Shown piece after piece: positions 11,608 to 22,450 of a stretch of 64,000 bases of DNA (the stretch's first letter is position 1; each line of letters starts with the position of its first letter). The DNA lies in NCBI RefSeq assembly GCF_001194135.2, contig NC_068982.1, forward strand, positions 78,648,639-78,712,638. Reading direction: 5' to 3'. Under the pieces are notes generated by a model that searched no databases, was not told the DNA's origin, and was given only the letters and a program-made list of their open reading frames with translations. The stretch is from Octopus bimaculoides. Its lineage: Eukaryota. A program made the translations under genes and the position numbers.

Positions 11608-13060
11608 ATTAGAAAAACATCTAATAACCAAATCACAACCGACATCTACCACAAACCTACAGACTCATAACAATACCTCCTTTTCAGCTCATACCACCCA
11701 AAACACACCAAGATAAATATCCCCTTCAATTTAGCTAAAAGAATTTGCACCATTGTCTCTGACCCAACCACTCGAGAAATACACTTACAAGACCTCAAAA
11801 AAACACTATTACAATGCCAATATCTCTCCACACTCATAGANNNNNNNNNNNNNNNNNNNNNNNNNNNNNNNNNNNNNNNNNNNNNNNNNNNNNNNNNNNN
11901 NNNNNNNNNNNNNNNNNNNNNNNNNNNNNNNNNNNNNNNNNNNNNNNNNNNNNNNNNNNNNNNNNNNNNNNNNNNNNNNNNNNNNNNNNNNNNNNNNNNN
12001 NNNNNNNNNNNNNNNNNNNNNNNNNNNNNNNNNNNNNNNNNNNNNNNNNNNNNNNNNNNNNNNNNNNNNNNNNNNNNNNNNNNNNNNNNNNNNNNNNNNN
12101 NNNNNNNNNNNNNNNNNNNNNNNNNNNNNNNNNNNNNNNNNNNNNNNNNNNNNNNNNNNNNNNNNNNNNNNNNNNNNNNNNNNNNNNNNNNNNNNNNNNN
12201 NNNNNNNNNNNNNNNNNNNNNNNNNNNNNNNNNNNNNNNNNNNNNNNNNNNNNNNNNNNNNNNNNNNNNNNNNNNNNNNNNNNNNNNNNNNNNNNNNNNN
12301 NNNNNNNNNNNNNNNNNNNNNNNNNNNNNNNNNNNNNNNNNNNNNNNNNNNNNNNNNNNNNNNNNNNNNNNNNNNNNNNNNNNNNNNNNNNNNNNNNNNN
12401 NNNNNNNNNNNNNNNNNNNNNNNNNNNNNNNNNNNNNNNNNNNNNNNNNNNNNNNNNNNNNNNNNNNNNNNNNNNNNNNNNNNNNNNNNNNNNNNNNNNN
12501 NNNNNNNNNNNNNNNNNNNNNNNNNNNNNNNNNNNNNNNNNNNNNNNNNNNNNNNNNNNNNNNNNNNNNNNNNNNNNNNNNNNNNNNNNNNNNNNNTTCC
12601 TCTGGGAACCTCATTTATGTCCTCACATGCGCAGGTTGCCAACACTTCTATATCGGACAGACGAGCCTCCCGTTGCGTAGAAGAGTAGCAGTCCATAAAG
12701 AACAAATAAATCTCCCTCAATACCGCCAAATTCCACTCAGTGGCCACTTAGACTCTAAATTCCTTATATTCCCTTTCTATCAATGTAAGGACAGAATCTC
12801 CACACAAGAAAGAATCAACAAGGAGAATCTTTTCATAGAGAAATTCCAACCATTTCTTAACACACAAACCCCTCAGTGACCTTATTTCTCTAGGAACAGA
12901 CATAAACTTCCTGTTGACAAAGAGTTCATAACTCCAACTAAAGAGATTAGTCACCCCTTATACACACTTCCTGTTTTGACACCACACATCCTGCTTAACA
13001 CATAAACCTTTAGCTCCTTTTTTAAACCTAACACAACTNNNNNNNNNNTACCACAACCCC
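11608..13060 (+). mobile_element. Penelope-like retroelement, 3' part: RT thumb, gap, GIY-YIG endonuclease, 3' UTR
   Basis: 11608-11840: TDIYHKPTDS*QYLLFSSYHPKHTKINIPFNLAKRICTIVSD (one stop, 11668-11670). 12598-12879 is an open frame: SSGNLIYVLTCAGCQHFYIGQTSLPLRRRVAVHKEQ...GHL...KENLFIEKFQPFLN, with a GIY-YIG variant and CCHH ligands typical of PLE endonucleases. Confidence 0.92.
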
Positions 13061-13589
13061 ACTATTTACTGACTTATATATATATATATATATATATAAA
13101 GGTTTTTCATATATAAGCATCTTTAACATTGTACTGTTTTATTTTCTTTATGAGATTGGTACCAACACTTTCTCTGTATAAATGTAGTATACTGCACAAT
13201 AAGGCTAGATGCATTTCTAGTACCACTTGGAAAATATCTTCTTCCTTAAATTCCATATCTTTACTACAGTCAATTTTTTCTAGATTTTAATCTTTAATAA
13301 TCTTCAAACCTCTTTCATTCATTTAAATTATCATCATAGAGAATTGTCAGCTTATACAAATATCACCATCTAACTGTCTTACCTTCAGCATTCTAAAAAT
13401 TGTAGTGCACTCAAATCTGATAAAAGTTAAATTTTTAGTTTATTTTTTTTATCAAATGAAACTAAAATTTATAATTTTGGTTTTCCTTTTTGTGTCACAT
13501 TTAATTTCTATGAATACATATCTCTACAGCAGTTATTAAATTCCATTGAATATGGTAGTCTTATTGTGAGAATTGTTTGTATTTACATT

Positions 13590-13935
13590 GTAATCATATT
13601 GATGTCCACTTTTCCATGCTTGCATGGAGTAGACAGAGTTTATTGAGGCAGGTATTTATGGCCAGATGCCTTATCTGCTTTTAGGGAAATAAAATATTTC
13701 CCCAAGGTTAGACATGTTTTTGCAGAATATTGGAAACAAATGACATTCAGTTACTATATTATGTGATGCCAAATAAAGAGGTACAAATATACAGTTTCCA
13801 TCTACTAAATCCACTCGCAAGGCTTTGGTCAGTATGGCCTATAGTAGAAGACACTTGCCCAGGTGTCATGCAGTGGGACTGAGTCTGGAATCATGTGATT
13901 GGGAAGGAAGCTTCTCACTTCACAGCTACAGCTGC
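13590..13935 (-). mobile_element. tRNA-derived SINE with RTE-like tail (family C)
   Basis: GTCCACTTTTCCATGCTTGCATG...AAATCCACTCGCAAGGCTTTGGTC...AGTAGAAGACACTTGCCCAGG...GGGAAGGAAGCTTCT. Confidence 0.8.
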
Positions 13936-14304
13936 ATCTTTTTTTAAATGTTATTTTTATAATTTTCCATTGTATTGTAATTATATATATAAAAAAAACA
14001 ACCCTGAATACATTTTAATTTGAGCCACTAAACATGTTTAGCTACTCTCATTTGTTTTTGTGAAGATGAACATAATTGGTTTAATAAGTGCAGACAATCT
14101 ATGTTTAGAAATTCACTTCGCAATATGGTGTCTTGGACTAAGGTTCTTCTGTTATATAGCTTTAGACTGACTCATTCTTTGGGAGTGAATTTAGTAGATG
14201 GAGCTATGCAGAAATCCATTTACTTACCTTTTTTTGTGTGTGTACCCACATATATATATATACATACACATACATATTTTAAATTATTTAACATTCCTTT
14301 TTCC

Positions 14305-14740
14305 ACACTGGCATGGCTGTATAGTTAAGAAGTTTGCTTTAGAACAACATGGCTTAGGATTCGTTTCCATTGCCTGAACACTTTTGGTTGGTGTCTTATG
14401 CTGTTGACCAATGCCTTTTCAGTGAAATCTAGAAGACAAACTGGAAGAAGCCCATCACATGTATATGTGTGGGTGTATTTATTGTCTTGATATTAGCATG
14501 CTGATTTTGAATAAAGTCTCTGTCATACAAAGTTGGTGTCACTTGTTTCTAATCTTCCGTGAAAACTTGTCTAGCCATTAAGCTGTTCACTATTCAGAAG
14601 ACAAGGGGAAATAGTATTTTACTTGGAAACAAATGAGGGTTGGCAACTGAAAGAACATCTGCGCATAGAAAAAGCTGTCTTCCTTGAGTTTCGTTTGAAG
14701 AAAGCAAGCATGGAAAAATGGACATTAAAATGATGATGAT
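14305..14740 (+). mobile_element. tRNA-derived SINE with RTE-like tail (family C)
   Basis: Head GGCATGGCTGTATAGTTAAGAAG; tail GCAAGCATGGAAAAATGGACATTAAAATGATGATG. Confidence 0.8.
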
Positions 14741-15219
14741 TGTGTGTGTGTGTGCGTGCACACATATTTGTATTTGTCTCTCATTGCTTGGCAACCGGTG
14801 CTGTTTTGTTTACAACCTTGTAATTTAGCAATTAAGTAAAAAGTGGTCATTAGAATAAGCAACTGACTTGAATTAAGTAAAGGAATAACAGAATATTGAA
14901 AAGCATGGTTACTGTTGGGAGCTGTAAAAAAGAAACAATTGCTTGTTGATTAGATCTTGCAACTGAAGTGAGTGCAACAGTTACAGCAAATCACATCAGT
15001 AATTGTACAATATATGATTAATTAAAAGTTTTAGCTAAAAACATGTGCTATTATCTTTTATTACTGACTTTCTTATACTTGCGATACTGGACTACATGGT
15101 CAATATACTTTCTAACAGTCATTACCCTTAGTTAAGCCGTTTCTCTGGTATTCACTTTGGTTTACACATTTACCAGCTCATATCATTGTTTCCCATCATA
15201 ATTTCTTATAACTTCTCTA

Positions 15220-15400
15220 TAGGGCAGGGAATTGGCTGAATTGTTATTATATTGGACAAAATGTTTAGTGATACTTCTTTTGTCTCTATATGTTTGAGTT
15301 GAAATGCTGCCCTGGTCAACTTTGTCTGTCATCCTTCTGGGGCTGAACACTAGGGTTATATAATCATCTAACCTTCTCTTTAAAATCGCTGGTTCTATAC
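15220..15400 (+). mobile_element. Decayed Nin/Deu-like SINE
   Basis: GAGTTGAAATGCTGCCCTGGTCAACTTTGTCTGTCATCCTTCTGGGG. Confidence 0.6.
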
Positions 15401-16039
15401 CAAAATTTATAATCTCATTACCTCTCTAAGTTTCACTTGATGGCTTTAAATGTTTTTGTTTCTCTTGGTGTCATCACCATGGGGTATATAATTGATATAT
15501 AACCAGGTTTCTTTTTCTTAAGACAAGCAATTTCTGACTTACAAGAAGAGAACATTCTATAAACTATTTTCACTTAAATTTAAAAACAAAACAAAGACCA
15601 TTTTAATTTCAAGAACATTGATTTTGGAATTTAAGTTGTTAAAGCTTCATCAATAAAATTAAATGCAAAGACAATACTTACAATCATAGCAAACTGTACA
15701 GTACTCGTCTCATTTCTTCATACCCACTTTTATACTAGTATCTTTTGTTTAAGGTTTAATTTAACATTTCAAATCACAAATATTTCAGTTGATGAAATTA
15801 AATCAATGAATCTCTGATACATTGTATGAAATGTGAAACTAACATATGTCATACATTTAAATATAAATGAATTAATGTGAACATGTGTTGTATTGGGTAA
15901 CAATTTGTTTTTAGTTTATGTATTTATTAATTTTCTCTAGTTAAATCTCAAGTTTACTAAAAATAAAATGTTTTTAAGTAATTTTTATTTGTCCTTTAAA
16001 ATATGTTTTTTTAAAATTACATTTTGAACATACATTTTC

Positions 16040-16240
16040 ATATCATCATTTAACTTTGACTTTTCTTTGCTTGCATGAGTCAGACAGTTTGTTGAGGCTG
16101 ATTTTCTGCAGCTGGATGCCCTTCATGTTGCCAACTTTCACCTGTTTCCAAGCAAGATAATATTTTCCATGAAAGAAAGGAAACAACATAACCTGTGTGA
16201 CAAATGATGCTCATTTACAAACATCACGTGAAGCATATAT
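16040..16240 (-). mobile_element. Family C SINE tail
   Basis: CATCATTTAAC...GCTTGCATGAGTCAGACAG...CTGGATGCCCTTC...CACCTGTTTCCAAGCAAGATAATATTT. Confidence 0.7.
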
Positions 16241-16429
16241 AAATATAGAGTTACAGCCCAATTAATTAGGAACATAATCAGATTAGGTGAAATGCAGTTT
16301 GGCTTTGTACTACTGACATTATCTTTATAGTCAGACAACAGAATAAACCAGTGTACATGGTATTTTGACAGAGTTCCCTTCTGTGTGATATGGTGGGTTC
16401 TAAGGAAGCTAGGGGTAGATGAGTGGCTT

Positions 16430-18400
16430 GTAAAAGGTGTAGAGGCCATAAACAGAGGTTCCGTCTGTAAGGTGAAAGTTAACCATTTGTACAACCATTC
16501 AGCATATATGTAGGCATTCATCAAAGTTTGGTTCTCAGCCCCCCTCCTATTCATTATTGTCCTCTAGACCATAATGAAGGAATTCAAGATTGGCTGCTTC
16601 TGGGAACTGCTCTGTGCTGATGATCTTGCTCTCATAGTAGATTCTGTAACAGAACTGGAGAAGAAATTCCAGGTGTGAAAGCAAAATTAAAGGTCTTCAC
16701 GGTTTACTTAGCAAAAAGTCATGGTTCTAGTAAGCAAGAAAGCAGACAGGATCTTATCCACTTCAGGTAAATGGCCTTGTTCAATATGTAGGAAAGATGT
16801 AGGCTGGAATTCCATATGGTGCAAGCTATGCGTACAAGAGGTGCAGTGTAATAATAGAAAAGTTAGCAGAGAAAGTAGTGCACAAGAACCACAGGAAATT
16901 GATTTTCTTAAATGCCCTGGAGCCTTTCTAGAGGCAGTGAATAATTTTTACTACTTAGGAGACCTAATTAGCTGTGGAGGAAGATGTACAGAAAGTGTAA
17001 ATGATAGAATAAAAATGGGTTGGAGAAAATTCAGTGAGCTTTTACCTCTGTTGGCAATCAAAGATCTCTCTCTCTCTGAGCGAGGGGAAGATTGTATGAA
17101 GCAGGTGTATGAACAGCAATGCTATATGGTAGTGAGACATGGGCCCTGAATGCAGAGGATGTGTAAAGACTAGAGAGGAATGGAGTTAGTATGCTCCACT
17201 GGGTGTGTAATGTCAATGTATTTGTGTGACAAAGCACTAGTGTATTGTGAGAAAAATTAGGCATAAGAGGAATTAGATGTAGTGTGCAAAGAAGACTATG
17301 CTGGTTTTGGTCATGTGATGTATATGGATGTGGACAGTTACATTAAAATGTGCTCATCACTTAAGGTGGAATGAACTTGTGGAAGAAGGCGACTCAGGAA
17401 GACGTGGGACAAAGATTGAAGGCTGATCTCAAGACATCAAACCTTACAAAGGAAATAACAAAGGACTGAGATAGCTTGCCCCTTGCTGTACTCAAGAAGA
17501 CCTGTCCATTGCAGCAGAATTGATATCCTAAAATCACCTTGGTAATGCTTGTCTGTGAAGGGCTCTTCCCCATACCTACCTACTTCCTCTCTGCCTTATC
17601 AGTCATTTCCCCTACTCATTTCATCCCCTAACACCTATCACTTCTCTATCATCTGAGAGCAGAATAGGCACATAGTACTCCATCCTGCTTTCTCAGTTAC
17701 CTTCCTTTTCCCACCCTGAACCACTTCCATTTCCCATTATCTTCCCCTTGCCTACTGTTTCCACCCATCACTACCTTTCTGTGCCTTCCCTCCCTTGTGT
17801 GGTTAACACCTCATTTATCTACTGTCACTCTCAATGCCATCAAATATCTACTGCAACTCCTTCCCCCATGCATGTCCTATATTTCACTCCCTCATATAAA
17901 CAGACACCTCTATCTTGCCATCTCACCAAGTTCAAACCTCCAATGTCTTGAGGGCATATCCTGACACATCTTTACCACCATCTCTTTCACCATCACTCTT
18001 TTTATTTTACTCTCTGACTCACCTGCTCTCTTTATAATATTCTCTAACTCACCCTTCTTTCTTTTCCAACTGGGGTATCCATGTCTACTCTACAACAAGA
18101 CACCTCTCTCTGTCCCTCTATACTTTTCATCTCTCATCAATTGTCACAAAGGCCCTCCCCAATACTATTCTATCCACCCAGCTGAGGGGTTTTGTCTTGC
18201 AAGGTACTTGGTGATCTGTTGGTGCTGGTGCCACTTGAAGAGCACCCAGTAATAGCCTGTATAATGGTTGGTATTAGGAAGGGCATCCAACCTTAGAAAC
18301 CATGTCAAAGCTGACAGAGTTTGGTGTGGCTCCTGGCCCTACTAGCTCCTGTCAAACCATCCACCCCATGCCACCATGGAAAACATATGTTAATTGATGA
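16430..18400 (+). mobile_element. 5'-truncated RTE LINE pseudogene (RT with Cys-rich insert, pyrimidine-rich 3' UTR, family A tail)
   Basis: VLSPLLFIIVL...WELLCADDLALI...WPCSICRKDVGWNSIWCKLC...FYYLGDLISCGG...AMLYGSETW; multiple stops and frameshifts; ends GGAAGGGCATCC...CCATGGAAAAC. Confidence 0.9.
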
Positions 18401-19334
18401 TATTAATGAGATATTGATAAATCTAGGCAGATACACACACACACCTCTTTCAGTTACTGTCTATTAAATTTGCTTACAAGACCTTGGTCATCATAGGGCT
18501 AGGTGCTTCACAGTGGAACTAAACCTGTTGGGAAGCAAGTTTGTTAACTATACAGCTACAACCTTGCCTGTAGTTAACTGCATAAATGTGCATTTATTAC
18601 TTTCCAGTTTCACACAATCTTTTGTTAAATTTTTATACAAAATACTATTTTCTTGCCAACCATTATAATAGTTGAAACATCTTGTTAGCAAATTTTCGCT
18701 GTTTTATTATTTCTCCTGTTGTGTGTTTACTCTTAGAAGCAAAATAATTAGAATAATTAGCTATTTAAAATATTTCAGTGGCAAAATATTAATTTGTGAT
18801 TATAGATGTTGCTAATTGATAATTCTAATCAAGCATAACACATTATTGAGTTAGCAACTTAAGTTAGTAAATGGATAACTGTGACAGGACAAATTTGTCA
18901 GGAGACAGCCAATTAAAATGTCATTTATACAATTTTGTTAGTTTTCTAATCTTATCTCTTTAGCCTTTTTTTGTTTTACCTATCTTGTTTGTTAAGCAGT
19001 TATATGCCCTAGCAGTGGGCACAAGCATGATTGATGGGTTAAGAAGTTCACTTCACAATTATTTGGTCTCATTGCATGATTCTTTGGGCAGGTTATCTTT
19101 TATCATGGCTTTGGATTGACACAAGCTTTATGGGTGAAACTGAGTTTACAGAAACTGCACAGAAGCCTTTAAGATGATCTGTAACATCTCACTGAAAGAA
19201 CCAGCTTTGTCATAGTGCCACACTGGTCTTGTATGGAGACTATGTTACAGTACTCAGCTACTTGCAATGCCAGAAACAAGTAGTCCAGTTGATCATGCTA
19301 TTAAATTACTTATCGTTGAAACCAACATCGTTAT

Positions 19335-19800
19335 TATCATCATTTTAACATCTACTTTTGCATGCTTGCATGGCTTGAACAGTTTATTGAGGCAGATTTT
19401 CTATGGCTGGATGCCCTTTCCTGTTATTGACCCGTACCTGTTTCCAAGTAAGGTAATATTTTAACCATGACCAGACATGCTTGCACAAATTATTACAAAG
19501 GAACAACATTGCTTGGCACTCACATACATATACATACTTGCTCACTCTTAAACACATACATGCATCATAATTTAATGTCATCCTTCCATGCTGGTATAGG
19601 TTGGACAATTTGACAGGAGCTGGTAAGTCAGGAGACTGCACCAAGTTCTTATATATATGTACACATATGTATACAAAGGTCTTCTTTCAATTTCTGTCTA
19701 CCAAGTCCATTCACAAGGTTTTGGTCAGCTCATGGCTATAGTAAAAGACACTTGCCTTAGGTACTATAGAGAGAGACTGAACCTGAAGCTATGTGGCAAA
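19335..19800 (-). mobile_element. Family C SINE interrupted by a family A tail fragment (~19580-19645)
   Basis: Tail CATCTACTTTTGCATGCTTGCATGG; head AAGACACTTGCC...CTTTTTAACCACACAGC. Confidence 0.65.
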
Positions 19801-20924
19801 CTTTTTAACCACACAGCTATGCCTGTGCTTTTGGATAAAAATAATGTTGTAACTGACTGAAAATAAGAATTTTGAAGGAAGATTTAATGTTGTACTATGT
19901 AGAAGCTTTTTTGTTAAGAAATGTATTTTAAACAATAAATATCAGCAACTGTGTAACTTTCATAAGACTAATGCATTTGCTGCAGTCAACAACTTTAGAT
20001 TTTATTTAATTTTTTTCTCCACTTCTTATAATTTTTTAAACTCAATAATACTTCAAGGAAAGAGCTCTATCATAGATATTAAATACTACACTGCTAGTAG
20101 TTGCCAAATAGTGTTGATAAGTGTATGCATTTAAAGGTATTGTAAATAAAATGTAAAATGTAAATGCCTCTTAAAGGTAGAGTAGCTTAAAGGCTATAGT
20201 TTAACATGAAACAGATGTTACCTACAATAGACAGGATGCTGATCTATTGTAGGTAATATTCTTATATGATCTGGTACCAATTGCTATCAGCTAGATGAGC
20301 TAGAGCCATACACTTGCAGTAAGATATAAACTCAAGAGCTATGAACACTTCAACATCTTAACTGTGTTACCTCTACTGCTGCAATAGTAATGCATCATAT
20401 AGCAGTGACCTATTTATCATCACTTGGGGAGTCAACCCTTCTGCTATGAAGGGCCCTGCTGAGAAATATTTGAATCCATCTCTTCTCGATGCATAGAAAC
20501 ATTGTAAAATTTATGAACTTTGTTAACTAATTAGTATTATGTGCAGAGTTGTGGAGTTGGAACCAGTAAAAATGTTCTGACTCCAATTAAAAGTAAAATG
20601 TTACAATTTCAAATTTCCTAGATACTAACTTGAAAATCAAATCAGAGAAGTAAGAGCTTCTATGATGGAAAATCTACAAGAAGCAATTTTGTTTCTCAGA
20701 ACAAGATGTTAGTAAATTTTGGATTAAACTGTGAAACAATAGATACAATGATTTTTTTTTCTTATTTAATCTTGCAGGCATAAACTTTTAAAGCTTCTTC
20801 TCTATACGTAATCTTTCATATTTTTCTATAATCTTATATTTGGGCAATGCTTTAATCAAGAGAAGGAAGGGTTATATACATTATTTACAATGGATGGATA
20901 GGTGTCCTCACCTTGTTTGTTGTT

Positions 20925-20970
20925 ACCACAATGTTTTGGCTGATGTACTCTCCAGCCTTCATCAAGTGTT
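20925..20970 (-). ncRNA. Hammerhead ribozyme-like motif (decayed mirror copy)
   Basis: Minus strand AACAC-TTGATGA-A-GGCTG-GAGAGTACAT-CAGCC-AAAA-CAT-T-GTGGT; stem I 4/5 bp; core changes C3U and G12A. Confidence 0.55.
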
Positions 20971-21225
20971 CTGATGGAATTTTGAACCCAACCCTTTATT
21001 CGTCTTATGGGGTACACTGTTCTCATTCTTAAGGTATATTGCTGATATTATTTTTCAAGTCCCTGCCTAGGATTTAACTTTGAATCTGAGAGTTAGTAGC
21101 CTACACTCTTATCCACTACACTATATACCTGCGTGGATGAGAGTGTGGACTCAGCAACATACCTTAGGAATGAGAACAGTGTACCTCATTAGTCAAATAA
21201 GGGGTTGGGTTCGAAATTCCACCAG

Positions 21226-21268
21226 AATACCTGATGAAGGCTGGAGAGTACATCAGCCGAAATGTGAT
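21226..21268 (+). ncRNA. Hammerhead ribozyme-like motif (minimal type I; probably inactivated at the cleavage site)
   Basis: CTGATGA (21231-21237), extra A, stem II GGCTG/CAGCC with a 10-nt loop, GAAA (21259-21262); downstream TGTG lacks a valid NUH. Confidence 0.65.
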
Positions 21269-21559
21269 AACAACAAACAAGGTGAGGACAACCTATCCAT
21301 CCATTGTAAATAATGTACATAATTCCTCATCTCAAAAATATAGAATGGTAAGGGTTATATATTTGATTTCTGAAAAGTGTTTAAATGGTCATCTTTAAGT
21401 TGCTTCAGGTGTTAAGCCTTTTTTGTACCTGATTATTTTGTATTTTTACAGTTTATTATTTTTATGTCTTTTTTACTTGGTAGCTTTTGATAAACACAGC
21501 CTCTTTCTTAATTCTATAAGTTTTGTCTTATCCTGTAATTATTTCCAAGTTCTTTAGCA

Positions 21560-22450
21560 TTTATCATCCTGTTGAAAGTTTTCTAAATCAGTCTTTCTAA
21601 AAGTTTTTAAAATCAGTCTTGTGCTGATTGCAGAAATACCTAAAGGCAGTGTTTGTTTATAGTCTCTTTACTTGTAGTCAGATTATTGCAAATTAGCAGT
21701 TTGCAGAAAAGGATTAGTGGTTTCTTTTTTTTTATGTAAATATCTGTTTGTACTAATAATAATGTTGTGCATGTGTGGTTATTAATTAATTACTAAATGA
21801 TGAATCAAAACTGATATACTCAAAATGCTGATGAAAAGGATGTTAATTTAAATGCAATTAGGGAAAGATACATGGATACATAAAAATCACAAATGAAAGG
21901 TTTTTCCTTGACATTTTTACATATTTTTCATTATGAAATTTACAGGGAAGCTGAGTTTCACCCTTCCAAGCATGCACACCAGTTTTTGTGTTGGGGAAAG
22001 AAAGTGTTCAGTAACACAGAGATCAATTTTAATAATGGTACTTACAGAATGTAAAGAAATGATAGATAAAAGGATTAAAGTTTTCTCCTTTAGATTAAAG
22101 GGTTCATAGCCTCATTTAAAACAAATGTAAACAAACTTTTAAAACAAATGTAAGCAAAGATGGTTTGATTTTTGGTTTCATGCAGTATAGAACTGACTGA
22201 CTGGTACGGTGCTTTGCAGGTTCATGTTGTACATGGTATTAGATTTTAGTCAATAATGACAAATATCAAGCAATGCAAGTGAGAAGTTAGGTAAAATATG
22301 TATGGTGATGCCTATAAATAAAGACAAAACAACATACTGTATTACCTTATATATGTTTTTGTTGTTTAATGTTTCTATTCAATGTTAAGAAAGATTCTCC
22401 TTAATACACTAGAACAGGCTTCTTATAATAGTACTTTTTCTCTGAATTCT
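21560..22450 (+). repeat. Diverged duplicate, copy 1, of 61487-62340
   Basis: Colinear blocks, e.g. CTTTACTTGT(A/T)GTC(A/G)GATTATTG, AATAATGTTGTGCATGTG, CATTATGAAATTT(A/T)CAGG, TTACAGAATGTAAA, TAGAACTGAC, GTTGTACA(T/G)GGTATT. Confidence 0.8.

Larger units (their letters stand above)
20879..21349. mobile_element. Fold-back non-autonomous retroelement: tRNA-like head flanked by inverted hammerhead-containing arms, 12-bp TSD
   Basis: Inverted arms ~20874-21046 and ~21150-21321; direct repeat AAGGGTTATATA at 20867-20878 and 21350-21361; minus-strand A box TAGTGTAGTGG (21113-21123) and degenerate B box GTTAAATCC (21070-21078). Confidence 0.85.
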
